From IMG/VR virus record IMGVR_UViG_3300017613_000484: a stretch of 64,000 nt of DNA; one strand, 5' to 3'. Every line of letters begins with the position of its first letter. Positions within the stretch are counted from its first letter, which is position 1. A program made the translations under genes and the position numbers. Source of the stretch: a virus. Below are positions 15,284 to 25,136 of the stretch, one piece after another. The notes below the pieces were generated by a model. The model did not search any database. It was not told the DNA's origin and saw only the letters and a program-made list of their open reading frames with translations.

Positions 15284-15991
15284 TTAGTTGACAGGCTGGC
15301 AAGCCGCCCTTGGGATTGGTTCTTCAGGTGTCCGTTGCCGGAGCCTGCTTTCATTGGCTTCACCAAGAACCCAATCTTCCATTGCTTCAATTGCCAGCTT
15401 GACTGCAATCACATTGTCAGTGTCAGGGAATTTATATCGGTTGGAAAGGTGGAAGCAAAGTTCAGAAATATTTCTTTCATTGAACTTGATGATTCCTCCG
15501 CCTCTCCTGATGATGTAGTTGTTCTTTGATCCCTTCACAAACAGATGACCGGTTTCTTCATACAGGGCAAGTTCATCTTTGCCGATCAGATCCAAGAGAA
15601 GATCCTTGGCTTTGACTTCGGCTTTCTCTTTTTCATCGGCAAGGATCTGCGCCCTGATTTCTCTTTCAACTCTTTCAGCTTCCCGTTGTTCCCTCTGCCT
15701 CTGCATTTCTTCAAAGTCCTGCTCCTGATAAATTCTCACAGGCTGATAGGATGGTTCATGGGAAGTGGAATCGGTTGAGTCTGAAACCCAAGTGAACCAG
15801 ATGGTTTCATTGCTTCCAGTTGAAGTGATTGGGGTTCCGTTGTTCCAAGAATCCCAAACCAAATTTGAACCTGTGGAACAGGTTGCAGTTGTGTTCGTTG
15901 TGGTGTCTGTCCAGGTTGTCCAGATTTCATCACTGGCGGTGATGATGCTTGCACAACTGCTGACACAGGTTCCTTCATAGTCAGTTGCCAT
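15284..15991 (-). CDS. Hypothetical protein (Thr/Ser/Trp-rich N-terminus, coiled-coil centre)
   Basis: 235 aa from ATG 15991 (AAGGAGGAG RBS). Confidence 0.6.
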   Translation of the reverse strand: MATDYEGTCVSSCASIITASDEIWTTWTDTTTNTTATCSTGSNLVWDSWNNGTPITSTGSNETIWFTWVSDSTDSTSHEPSYQPVRIYQEQDFEEMQRQREQREAERVEREIRAQILADEKEKAEVKAKDLLLDLIGKDELALYEETGHLFVKGSKNNYIIRRGGGIIKFNERNISELCFHLSNRYKFPDTDNVIAVKLAIEAMEDWVLGEANESRLRQRTPEEPIPRAACQPVN

Positions 15992-16286
15992 GTTCACTCT
16001 CCTCCTTTCTTTGGCTTGCTCTTTCAGATTCATCATCTGCAAAAAGGTTTGGCTCTGTCTGAGAGGCAATGATCATTTGCATGATTAGAAACTTGTTGAG
16101 TGTTGTCAGCAATTGCCAGCCCTGGAAGGAAACACAAATGCCAACAACGATGAAGAAAGATTTCACAAAGGAATGCAGAACCAGAGAGAGAAACTGAATC
16201 TGCATTGCCTCAGTCAATGCCAGGGCAAAGGCAATCAGAACAATGGTCAATGTCAAAGGTGATGGTGAGAGAATTTTTGATTTCAT
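15981..16286 (-). CDS. Multi-pass small membrane protein
   Basis: 101 aa from ATG 16286 (GGGGGGTGAG RBS), with three hydrophobic segments. Confidence 0.55.
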   Translation of the reverse strand: MKSKILSPSPLTLTIVLIAFALALTEAMQIQFLSLVLHSFVKSFFIVVGICVSFQGWQLLTTLNKFLIMQMIIASQTEPNLFADDESERASQRKEESEHGN

Positions 16287-16287
16287 C

Positions 16288-16512
16288 TCACCCCCCTTCA
16301 AGTTGAGGGATCATGATGATCTTGCCAGCTTTGGGATTGAACTTCTTCATGATCTTTCCTTGGCTCCCATCCTTCTTGACAGAGTAGGCGGTGAAACCTT
16401 TTTCAATGAGGCTGTCAAACTGTGCCTCTGCCGCTTCAACCTCATCTTCATTCTCAGGGTCAAAGACAACTTTGGTGTCACCACTTCCATCAAGGATTCT
16501 CATCTCACCCAT
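16288..16512 (-). CDS. Hypothetical small protein
   Basis: 74 aa with an AAAGGAGAAAAA RBS. Confidence 0.55.
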   Translation of the reverse strand: MGEMRILDGSGDTKVVFDPENEDEVEAAEAQFDSLIEKGFTAYSVKKDGSQGKIMKKFNPKAGKIIMIPQLEGG

Positions 16513-16687
16513 TTGTTTTTCTCCTTTCTTCTGTTTGTTGATGGTTTGCGTTGCAAAACCCTGGCTTCAAAATTGAGGCGTTTTGGTCTATGCCCAACCC
16601 TTGCCTTGATTGAGTTTGTCCATTCTCAGCAATCCTCAGAAGCCTGTTTTCATAGTTCTGGGAAAAACACCACCTTTTGTTCACAGC

Positions 16688-17038
16688 CTAACTGCATTTT
16701 CCTTTTTTGAGTTCTTGGCAAATTCCCTCCTTGATTCCTTTGATTAGTTGATCCGCTTTTTTTCTATTCTCTGGTGACATTCTCCCAGAGGTCAATTTCA
16801 TTATTTCTTTGTTGTCAAGGATTCGTTCATATTTCAATTCATTCACCAAATCATCATAGTCAAGTTCACCATATTTTTCCTTGAAGGCTTGAACGTCCTT
16901 GACTGCAAACTCCCACCGCCATCTTCCCTTCTTGCCTTTCTTTTCTCCGGCCAGCAATCCTTTCCTGGCAAAGTTGCTGACAGTCTCAGGCATACAGTCA
17001 AGGAAATAGGCCACATCTCTTGTTGACATTTTTTCCAC
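16688..17038 (-). CDS. Excisionase/MerR-type helix-turn-helix protein
   Basis: STRDVAYFLDCMPETVSNFARKGLL...WRWEFAVKDV. GTG 17038 has AAGGGA upstream. Confidence 0.65.
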   Translation of the reverse strand: MEKMSTRDVAYFLDCMPETVSNFARKGLLAGEKKGKKGRWRWEFAVKDVQAFKEKYGELDYDDLVNELKYERILDNKEIMKLTSGRMSPENRKKADQLIKGIKEGICQELKKGKCS

Positions 17039-17060
17039 AGTAGAAATCCCTTGTTGGATA

Positions 17061-17089
17061 TTTTCAAAATTTGCGGCAAATTTTGAAAA
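17061..17089. promoter_or_regulatory. Palindrome copy P1 (TTTTCAAAATTTGC-G-GCAAATTTTGAAAA)
   Basis: Perfect 14+1+14 inverted repeat. It abuts the stop of 17091-17282 and lies ~25 nt upstream of the 16688-17038 start. Confidence 0.85.
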
Positions 17090-17090
17090 A

Positions 17091-17282
17091 CTATATCAGC
17101 CCTTTTTTCTTTGCCAGCCATCTTGGAATCAAGACTGATCCCTCTCCTTCATATTCACAAACACTTTTGGGAAACCAATCTTCAAGCCCTTCCACATCCA
17201 ACAACCAAGCCTTGTCTGTTTCATGAATAAACTCATCCACTTCATAGGAATCAAATTCTTGGTCATCTTCATAGTCACTCAT
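17091..17282 (-). CDS. Hypothetical acidic small protein
   Basis: 63-aa ORF with an ATGA overlap with the upstream gene. Confidence 0.55.
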   Translation of the reverse strand: MSDYEDDQEFDSYEVDEFIHETDKAWLLDVEGLEDWFPKSVCEYEGEGSVLIPRWLAKKKGLI

Positions 17283-17776
17283 TTCTTTTTCTCCAAATCC
17301 ACAGCCCTGTTCCTTCTCATGGTTTTTATGTCAGGCTTTGGTTTCTCTTTCTCCGGCTTCATGTTGATTGTTTCTTGAATGACCTTCCTGGCTTCTTCAA
17401 TGCCCATTGGTTTCTTTGGTTCTTCTTTCTCTGCCTCCATTTCCCAATCTCTGAGAAACTTTTGTGGGTCAGGCATCAACATTGCCATTTCCATCCTGGC
17501 TTTGAAATCCGCCTCAACCAATTCAACCATCTCACCTTCAACCAACTTGCCATCAACTTTCCTGACTGCTGATTTTGATTTGGTGACGATTTCAACCAGA
17601 GTCTTTTTCTTGGTCTTGCTCAGAGGCGGAACAGGTTCAGGAGTTTCTTCCATGAACCTCAAACCGAACACATCAAGTTCCCCAGAGGTCAATGCTTTTT
17701 TATATCTTGCATCGGCTCTTTTTCTCTCCTTGTCTCTGTCATTGTCCCAACTCAAAATTGTCTTCCCATTCTTCAA
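17279..17776 (-). CDS. Hypothetical Lys/Glu-rich protein
   Basis: 165-aa ORF. Confidence 0.55.
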   Translation of the reverse strand: MKNGKTILSWDNDRDKERKRADARYKKALTSGELDVFGLRFMEETPEPVPPLSKTKKKTLVEIVTKSKSAVRKVDGKLVEGEMVELVEADFKARMEMAMLMPDPQKFLRDWEMEAEKEEPKKPMGIEEARKVIQETINMKPEKEKPKPDIKTMRRNRAVDLEKKK

Positions 17777-18692
17777 ATTTTTTCAGGAATGAAGCAAACT
17801 CCATTGACTGAAAAAGAATCCAAAACTTTTCTTTGGTCAACTCATCATCAATCAATTCCATATGATTCAATTTATATTCTTCAGTTTCCAGAGGCAGAGA
17901 AACCAACTGAAGATTTCTTTCAATGATCTTCTGGTTCTCTGGTTCGTTGAACTTCTTCAGCAAGTTCTCTGAAACCTCTGCCTTCATTGCCAGTTTTATT
18001 GCAGGCATCTTTTCTGATTTGCTCTTGGCCGGATCTGCAACTCCCCTGATCCCAGGCACCCCATCGGAGTTGCAACCGCCAATGGCTTTTGCAGTTGCCC
18101 ACACCTCTGGTTCTGCGCCATATTTTTTGATGAAGTTCTTCTTGGTCACAAGTCTTTTATATGTCCATTGGGAAACAGAATCATTCAAACATTGATAGAG
18201 GTCAGCATCACTGGACACAATGACAAACTCTCTGTCATTCCAATATTGGACAAGATAGGCAATCAGGTCATCTGCTTCAAAACCTTTTTGGCAGAAGATG
18301 TTCTTGAAGCCTAACAGGGGAAGGAATTTTCTCCTGATGAAATTGAATTGATTGAAGGCAACCATCAACTTGGCTGTGTCATCTGGATCTTTCTTTTCTC
18401 TCCGCTTCTTCTTGTAGTCAGGAAAGATTTCCTTCCGGTGATTTTCTTTTGAGTCCCAACAAAAAATGAATTGATTTGTCTTGAACTCTTTTGACAGGGA
18501 AAGCATCTGCCTTGCAAATCCAAAGATAACAAAAACCGGAACCTCTTGGACAGAGAGTTCCGGCAATGTGAAAAATGACCGATAGCAGAGGGAGTTGCTG
18601 TCAACTATCAAGGTTGGTTTGTCTGGATTGAATTTCAAATTTGTTTTCCTTTTTTCAGTTGGCATTCCTTTTGACTGCTTCTTGTAATTCAT
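17739..18692 (-). CDS. 5'-3' exonuclease / flap endonuclease (Pol I N-terminal, T5 D15 family)
   Basis: LIVDSNSLCYRSFF, FCWDS...R, GFEADDLIAYL, SSDADLYQC and the H3TH-like GVPGIRGVA. The start may be M10 (18665). Confidence 0.85.
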   Translation of the reverse strand: MNYKKQSKGMPTEKRKTNLKFNPDKPTLIVDSNSLCYRSFFTLPELSVQEVPVFVIFGFARQMLSLSKEFKTNQFIFCWDSKENHRKEIFPDYKKKRREKKDPDDTAKLMVAFNQFNFIRRKFLPLLGFKNIFCQKGFEADDLIAYLVQYWNDREFVIVSSDADLYQCLNDSVSQWTYKRLVTKKNFIKKYGAEPEVWATAKAIGGCNSDGVPGIRGVADPAKSKSEKMPAIKLAMKAEVSENLLKKFNEPENQKIIERNLQLVSLPLETEEYKLNHMELIDDELTKEKFWILFQSMEFASFLKKFEEWEDNFELGQ

Positions 18693-19431
18693 GACAGGAC
18701 TTCCAAGCCTCTTCCATGTTGGGACTCCGAATCTTCAGGGCATCATAAAATATTTTTTTATAGTTCCAGGTGGATTCAAATCTCTTCCACCAATTCAGGA
18801 ACTCCGCCCATTTGTTATCATGCCAAGTGGGACACCAAGCACCTGACCGGCAGACAAAGACCATGTTGAAGTCAGGAAGTTTTTCAGGAATTGAATAATA
18901 AATGTTGATGTCATATTCATAGAAATCAAATTCAACTTGATCGGCAATGATCTTGTGATCATCTCTTTTCCATTCAGGAAAAATGAGATTGTATTTGTCA
19001 AGCAATCGGTTTTCTATTGCCCTGAATGCCCAATTGGAACAATCAACCATGTTGTCAGGCAATCCTTCTCCATATCCCAAATCATGATGAGCATCGAAGT
19101 TCCAAAGCACAATATTTTCAGGAGGAGTGTCAGACAACAAAACTTCTATTGAGTTCAAACCTTCCAACAAAGTCCAAAGGCTTGAGTGGCTTTCAGAGAT
19201 TGCCAGCAATCCAGGTTCCTTCTCCTTGTTGATGACAGAATCCCAAAAGGTTTCGAAGCCTGCGGGAGTGTAGGATTCCAGGGCCAATTCTTTTGTGAAC
19301 AAGTTGATGTGGTTTGTCCTTGCAAACCAAATGTGGTTTATGAAGAAGCTGGCTTCCCTGTGTCCCCAATCATATCCAGAAGAATCAGGAAAGAAGAAAT
19401 CCCAATCCACTGACAGAACATTATAATCCAT
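18655..19431 (-). CDS. Hypothetical enzyme, possibly arginase/deacetylase-fold (UPF0489-like)
   Basis: 258 aa. The words NFDAHHDLGY, ESHSS and CSNW are recalled from that fold family. Needs an HMM check. Confidence 0.6.
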   Translation of the reverse strand: MDYNVLSVDWDFFFPDSSGYDWGHREASFFINHIWFARTNHINLFTKELALESYTPAGFETFWDSVINKEKEPGLLAISESHSSLWTLLEGLNSIEVLLSDTPPENIVLWNFDAHHDLGYGEGLPDNMVDCSNWAFRAIENRLLDKYNLIFPEWKRDDHKIIADQVEFDFYEYDINIYYSIPEKLPDFNMVFVCRSGAWCPTWHDNKWAEFLNWWKRFESTWNYKKIFYDALKIRSPNMEEAWKSCHELQEAVKRNAN

Positions 19432-19457
19432 GATGCCTCCCTGAAAAATACTGACAG

Positions 19458-20528
19458 CTAGAACCTCACTTTTTGTTTTCTCTCAATCCTGAATTTTTCT
19501 CTGATGTCTTCCCAAGTATCAATGACCATCTCTCTGAGTTCCACTTCCAAACCTTCTTTTTCAATGTGGTCAATGGCTGGCTGAATCGTTGCAAATGATT
19601 TCTTGAAAATATTATATTTATTATCACCAGTTGCTTCTTTGAAAAACTCAAGGTTTGCCATCACATCATCAATCCCATATCCAAACCGGATTGGAACAGA
19701 GCAAGTTCTGTATGGTTCATCAATGCTTGATTTTTTCACCTCACAGATTGAACGAATGCCAACGATCTTTTCAAAGACCTTGCTTCCAATCTTCTTGCTC
19801 TTTTTTATTTTGGAATTTCTATAGTCAGGAAAAACTCTGATTCTCAATGAAGCATAATATGGAATGCCTCTGCCGCCAGGAGTCACAAGTCCACTGTTCC
19901 CTTCCCTCTCTTGATTGGTGCAAGCAAGGATCAACCTCTTGTTGGCAATCACCCTGCAAGACTTCCGCAAGTTCTGGGAAAAATCCTTTGCCCTTTTCAT
20001 TCCCATCTTGTCAGCATCTTCCATTTCCATTTCAGTTGAAAGGGCGGCAAGAGAATCAGCGGCAACAAGATTCACTGTGTCAGGGTTGGCGGGTTTCCAA
20101 TTCCATATGTGACCAAACATTTCATTCACGGTGTCAGGGCGGTGATAGAGTTCTTCAGGCATTGACACTCCATAGATCCCACAATATTCTTTGTCCAGCC
20201 TTGCTTCAGGATCAAGGAATTTCACTTCCCCTTTTTTATCTTGAATGCTCCTTGATAGTTCAACAAGGATGCTTGTTTTTCCTGCGGAAGATGGGCCGAA
20301 GATTTCAATGATGATGCCGGAAGGAATCCCACCACCTCTGACTCTGCTTCCAGAGCAGGCAAGATCCAGCAGAGTTGATCCGGTTGAGAAAACTTCTTTG
20401 AAGGAAACTTCTTCCTTCTCCACTGGCTTTCTGATTGACTCTTTTATTTCTCCGGTTGTTGGCATCTTTCTTTTCGGCTTGGGTTTGCCGGTGGTTGTTT
20501 CACTTGTTTTCTTTTGGGTTCGTTTCAT
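19458..20528 (-). CDS. RecA-family recombinase (UvsX/RecA-like)
   Basis: GGIPSGIIIEIFGPSSAGKTSILVELS is the RecA Walker A context. 356 aa. Confidence 0.85.
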   Translation of the reverse strand: MKRTQKKTSETTTGKPKPKRKMPTTGEIKESIRKPVEKEEVSFKEVFSTGSTLLDLACSGSRVRGGGIPSGIIIEIFGPSSAGKTSILVELSRSIQDKKGEVKFLDPEARLDKEYCGIYGVSMPEELYHRPDTVNEMFGHIWNWKPANPDTVNLVAADSLAALSTEMEMEDADKMGMKRAKDFSQNLRKSCRVIANKRLILACTNQEREGNSGLVTPGGRGIPYYASLRIRVFPDYRNSKIKKSKKIGSKVFEKIVGIRSICEVKKSSIDEPYRTCSVPIRFGYGIDDVMANLEFFKEATGDNKYNIFKKSFATIQPAIDHIEKEGLEVELREMVIDTWEDIREKFRIERKQKVRF

Positions 20529-20585
20529 ATATCTTCTCCGTGAAGCTGTGGGGAGGAATGGTCACTCCCCACAAGAACAAGACAT

Positions 20586-21761
20586 CTATCTTTTCCGCCT
20601 TGGTTTTGCTTCAGCCTCATTGAGGATTCTTTGTTGCTCTGCGGCGCATTTCTCCCAGATGCCCTGATCACATTGTTCACAGTCATCCAGTTGATCACAG
20701 TCTTCACCCCAGACACCGTTCACAGGGCAATAGTCAACAATGTCTTCCTCACTTGCCTTGGCCTGCCGCTTTCTCTTGGGCTTCTCTTCAGGCTCATCCT
20801 CCTGGGGTTCTTCTTCTTCATAGACTTCATCCTCTGGAACATCCTCATCAACTTCTTCCGGCTCATCCTTGCCCTCATAAGGTGCGCCATAATAGATTTC
20901 AGAAATCTCTTCATAGGAAAGAACCTTGACATATTCATCAAGCGGGAGAAGGTCTTCAATATATTCTTCCATGTCATAATCCCGATCAACAAAACGATAG
21001 CCAGCATATGTTGGAAATTCCTTGGAAACATTCTTGATGGTGAATGCAACTGTCTTGCCTTCCCAATAATGACCATAGGCAATGTATGCTGTTTCTTTGC
21101 CATCCCTTGAAGGCAATTTGGAAATCTCTTGCAGATGGTCAACTGAATAAAAGAAGGGACTGTTCCAAAGCTGGACACCCTTGTCAATTTCCTTCTGGGT
21201 GTCTTGAACAACAACATGCCAGATGGCACGGTCTTTGGGGTTCAGATGTTTATAGTCATCAAATTCAACTCCATCACTTTTCATTTCAGCAACGTGTTCA
21301 CAGATGGGACACTTCTTTCCATATGGGCCAGGGCAAACAACATCAATGTCCTGGGTTGGGCCAATGCGCCTGTGAACTTTCAACCAAAGAAAATATCTGA
21401 GTTTGTCTTCAACAAAGTTGACAGCCCAATCATTTGTGCCTGACTTGTAGGGCATGACATCCATGAGGTGATCCCCTGTCTTTGGATACCACCAACTGAT
21501 TTTGGTGTCACCCATATCCAGAAGAACACTTTGCTTGCCGGAAGTCTTCTTCTCATCCTCTCTCTGTGTCTCCATGAGTTCCTTGGCAATCTTCTCTCTT
21601 TCCTCTTTGCTCATCCTCTTCCTTCCAGCGGGAGGAGCCGCCCTTCTTGTTGGCCGCTTTGCTCCGCCTGTGGGCGGTGGTGCTTTCCTTGTGGGTCTTG
21701 CCGCATTGCCTGCCGGTTGTCTGGTTCTGTTCGGCTTGCTGTCTACTGGCCTTCTTTTCAT
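20586..21761 (-). CDS. Candidate single-stranded DNA-binding protein (gp32-like zinc motif, acidic tail)
   Basis: Basic N-terminus, C-x7-C-x2-C-x-H (CPGPYGKKCPICEH) and a long Asp/Glu tract, followed by an extra Cys cluster. Lies between the recombinase and polymerase genes. Confidence 0.5.
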   Translation of the reverse strand: MKRRPVDSKPNRTRQPAGNAARPTRKAPPPTGGAKRPTRRAAPPAGRKRMSKEEREKIAKELMETQREDEKKTSGKQSVLLDMGDTKISWWYPKTGDHLMDVMPYKSGTNDWAVNFVEDKLRYFLWLKVHRRIGPTQDIDVVCPGPYGKKCPICEHVAEMKSDGVEFDDYKHLNPKDRAIWHVVVQDTQKEIDKGVQLWNSPFFYSVDHLQEISKLPSRDGKETAYIAYGHYWEGKTVAFTIKNVSKEFPTYAGYRFVDRDYDMEEYIEDLLPLDEYVKVLSYEEISEIYYGAPYEGKDEPEEVDEDVPEDEVYEEEEPQEDEPEEKPKRKRQAKASEEDIVDYCPVNGVWGEDCDQLDDCEQCDQGIWEKCAAEQQRILNEAEAKPRRKR

Positions 21762-22261
21762 TTTTTGTTCCTCCTGAGTCTCATGGATTGTTCAGTTGCT
21801 TCACTTATCCCTTGATCAGTTTTTTTGACAGATGATTCCTTTGCCTCTTTGTTCACGTTGGGCTTTGAATAGAACCCTGCAATCCAAAGATCACTGAGTT
21901 TTTCCAAAGCCTTTTTCTTATGCTCCAATGCCCTGAGAACACCGCCATACACATTGCATTCTTCACAGGCATTCAAATATTCATCAAAGGCTTTTTCATA
22001 TTTCACGGAAGCAATAATGGCGGATTTTATTCCTGATTCAGTGGGCTTGTCTTTCAGGCCAAACTCTGTGGGGTTCTTTCGGATTTCAATGTCCAACTCC
22101 GCTTGCACCAATTCCATCTGCTGTTTGATCTTGTCTCTGTTCTTGATGGCCTTGACAGAAAGTTCCGAATAACTCAAATAAAGGTTGTATTGTTTTTCAA
22201 GATCCTCATCCAGGTTGAAGCGGTCAACCTCTGTGTCAATGTCATAAAGATTTTCCGGCAT
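21758..22261 (-). CDS. Hypothetical helical protein
   Basis: 167 aa. The position would suit a recombination or replication accessory factor, but no motif is present. Confidence 0.55.
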   Translation of the reverse strand: MPENLYDIDTEVDRFNLDEDLEKQYNLYLSYSELSVKAIKNRDKIKQQMELVQAELDIEIRKNPTEFGLKDKPTESGIKSAIIASVKYEKAFDEYLNACEECNVYGGVLRALEHKKKALEKLSDLWIAGFYSKPNVNKEAKESSVKKTDQGISEATEQSMRLRRNKK

Positions 22262-22275
22262 GTTCTTTCCCTCCC

Positions 22276-25110
22276 CTATTTTTTCCTGAGATACTTCTTG
22301 AAATCCATGTCTTCAATTTCACTCCAAGGTTCATTTATCCTTCCAATCTTCACATCAATATCAAGAGGCACAATCAACCAATCAAATTTCCTGGCAGGCT
22401 TGACCACCATTGATTCATTGATGATCCGACAAATTTTCCCAACCTCTTTTGGATTCACACTGATTCCAATGGAGTCATGGATTTCCCACATTGTTTTTGA
22501 TTGCAATCCCTGCCTTGCAATTGTGTTGTTGACATCCATCATGGCATAAAGCAAAAGGTGGAAGGCGGTGCCTTGGATCTTGCCATTGACAATCTGGTTG
22601 AAGGAGAGATGGCCGGATCTGCGGAAGCCAAATCTCATTTCAACATATCCCAACTTTTTATATCGTTCCACACTCTTCAACTGCCACTCTTTGACAACGG
22701 GAAACTTTCCCCAGAAGTCTTGTTCACAATCTTTGATGTGTTCTTCAAAGTCATCATATCTTCTGATTCCTTCATTCCTCAGATGCTTCTTGACTGTGAC
22801 TTCCTCTCCGGTCTTCAAGCCCATGCAATTTTGCCAGAGGTTTGCGGCACAGGCTTTGAAATAGCTTCCATAAAATTCAGGGAAGACAAAACCATTCTTG
22901 GCAAAGAACCTCAACTCTCCTGTGAGTTGCTGTTCATTGAGTTTGAAAATGTTCATGGCCTGATCACGGTGCATATCAGTGGTGGGGTTCAGGATATAGT
23001 TCACCAATGTTGGATCTTGTGATTCACAAGCAATGATCCTGACCTCAAGGGAACCATAGTCAACCTCTGCAAGCCGATCACCCCAATGAGGAAAGACACC
23101 ATCCCTGACATATTTCTTTGTCACTTTGTCCCTGATGGGTTGGTTCTGAATGTTGGGCTTTGAACTGCTGGATCTATAGGAAGCCGCTGTGTGCAAATCA
23201 ATGAAAGGGTGAACAGTGTCATCCTTTGATTTCTCTTTTCTGAACTGGCTGAGATAGGTGTCCCTGATCTTGATCAGCTTCCTTCTCTCAAGCAACTTCC
23301 TGGCAACCGGATTTTTCAGGGACTCCAAAACTTCCCTGTCCACAGAATCAAAATCCTTTGCAGTCTTCTTGATGGATGTCAGGCCAAGAACATCAAAGAA
23401 CAGTTCCCTCATGTCTTTGGTGCTGTAGTCTTTGGCCTTTCTCTTGAAGGGTCTTTCCTTCATCTCTTCAAACAGCTTTGCCTCTTTGCTGTTCTCAATT
23501 TGGGTTTCTGACTTTGCAATGTTGATAGACAGCTTTTTTTCAACCTCTTCAAAATATACTGGATCAATGCAAAGTCCATTGTGCTGAGTTTCCGCCAATG
23601 TCTTCAGCCCTTCAAGGAAGAACACCCTGGCTTCTTCAAGCAATGATCCTGGCCGGATCTTCTTCCCTTGCACCTCTGCCAGGGCAAAGGTGATCCATGC
23701 GTCAAGTCCACCATAGGTCAGCAGATCAGAGAGGGGAGCCTTGTCAAGGTTGTTCCTGCTCCCTTCACCTGACTTCATGAATGGTCTGATTGATTCATCA
23801 TAGGGAGGGATTCCAAAATTGACATATCCCTGAAACTTCAGGCCGGAGAAATTTATTCTGGAATCAAGAATGTGGGCGGTGTTCATTGTGCAAGTCAGCC
23901 AGCCAACAACCGTTCTGACACCGAAGACAACCCTTGACCAGATTTCTTCAAACTTCAGATTGTGGGCAATCTTGGAAACATTTGGGTTGTTCAGGATTTC
24001 AATCCAAAGAGATTTGATTTCATAATAGTCATCATTGGTGAAGCCAGCTTCAGGATGGTCAAAGGGAAAAGCAATTGTGAATCTTGAGGTTGACACATTG
24101 ATTGACCAAACCTTTGGGTCAGGGTCATTGTAGGGAGAAATGGAACTGGTTTCATAATCAAAAGCAATTTCTAGTTTTTTGTTGAGGATCTTTTTCAAAT
24201 AATTCCTGATTGATTCAAAGTCAATCAACAATTTGATTTCATCTTCTGCCAATTCCCAAAAGGAATAATCACCGTTGAGTGGTCTGCTCTTTTTCCTGGT
24301 GACTGAGGCGGCACGTTTGATGTCTCTCTGCCATGTCAACTTCAGGTGGATGTCATCCTCATTCCTCAAGATGTATGAAGGATGGTAGATTGGCAAGATC
24401 CATGAATTGAATCTGGTCTGCTCCGGCACACAAAGACCTCTCCATCTGGTGATTGTCAGATTGGAAAACATGCGGTTCCAGAAACTTTCAACGGCTGTTC
24501 CGCCAACAAGGATGATAAATTTTGGATTCAACTGGCGGATTTCTTTTTCAAGAAAAGTTTCATAGCAACACTTTTGTTGCTTGCGGGTTGGCTTCTTGTT
24601 TCCTGGCGGTCTGCAACGGACAGCATTGGTGATCCAGCAATCCCTTTGAAGATCAATGCCAACCTTTCTCAATTCAAACCTGAGAAGTTTTCCAGCTTCA
24701 CCAATGAAGGGTTGACCGGCTCTGTCTTCCTCTGCTCCTGGGGCTTCCCCAATTATCAGAATTTGTTTCAGCCCTGTCCCAGAGTATTTCATTTCAGGGC
24801 TTTTGGCATTCTGAAACAAGCCGCAAACCTCACAGTCATAGACAGTCTTTGACTTGGCCTTGACCTTTGGCTTTGGCTTCTCAAAATCTGTGTCAGGGAT
24901 TTCTTCCCAGGTGTCAGGAACCACTTCCTTGGGAATCAATTCTTCATACAAGGGCAGAGGAACTGAGGCGGCTGGTGTTCGGAACTGTGTGGCGGTTGTT
25001 GCTCCTCCGCTGTTCTTCTTTGCCTTGAGTTTTGGTTTGGCTTTTGGGCGTTTCTTCCCCTGATCTTTGGGCAACCGGATGTCAATTGCCCTGTTCTTTC
25101 GGCTGATCAT
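22276..25110 (-). CDS. polA: Family-A DNA polymerase with 3'-5' exonuclease and N-terminal family-4 uracil-DNA glycosylase domain
   Basis: UDG: GEAPGAEEDRAGQPFIGEAGKLL, HPSYILRN and four Cys (CEVC...C...CC). Exonuclease: IAFDYETSS. Polymerase motif A DYGSLEVRIIA, motif B RFFAKNGFVFPEFYGS, motif C EIHDSI. Confidence 0.9.
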   Translation of the reverse strand: MISRKNRAIDIRLPKDQGKKRPKAKPKLKAKKNSGGATTATQFRTPAASVPLPLYEELIPKEVVPDTWEEIPDTDFEKPKPKVKAKSKTVYDCEVCGLFQNAKSPEMKYSGTGLKQILIIGEAPGAEEDRAGQPFIGEAGKLLRFELRKVGIDLQRDCWITNAVRCRPPGNKKPTRKQQKCCYETFLEKEIRQLNPKFIILVGGTAVESFWNRMFSNLTITRWRGLCVPEQTRFNSWILPIYHPSYILRNEDDIHLKLTWQRDIKRAASVTRKKSRPLNGDYSFWELAEDEIKLLIDFESIRNYLKKILNKKLEIAFDYETSSISPYNDPDPKVWSINVSTSRFTIAFPFDHPEAGFTNDDYYEIKSLWIEILNNPNVSKIAHNLKFEEIWSRVVFGVRTVVGWLTCTMNTAHILDSRINFSGLKFQGYVNFGIPPYDESIRPFMKSGEGSRNNLDKAPLSDLLTYGGLDAWITFALAEVQGKKIRPGSLLEEARVFFLEGLKTLAETQHNGLCIDPVYFEEVEKKLSINIAKSETQIENSKEAKLFEEMKERPFKRKAKDYSTKDMRELFFDVLGLTSIKKTAKDFDSVDREVLESLKNPVARKLLERRKLIKIRDTYLSQFRKEKSKDDTVHPFIDLHTAASYRSSSSKPNIQNQPIRDKVTKKYVRDGVFPHWGDRLAEVDYGSLEVRIIACESQDPTLVNYILNPTTDMHRDQAMNIFKLNEQQLTGELRFFAKNGFVFPEFYGSYFKACAANLWQNCMGLKTGEEVTVKKHLRNEGIRRYDDFEEHIKDCEQDFWGKFPVVKEWQLKSVERYKKLGYVEMRFGFRRSGHLSFNQIVNGKIQGTAFHLLLYAMMDVNNTIARQGLQSKTMWEIHDSIGISVNPKEVGKICRIINESMVVKPARKFDWLIVPLDIDVKIGRINEPWSEIEDMDFKKYLRKK

Positions 25111-25136
25111 AATGTTTGTTTTCTTTGTTCTAATGT

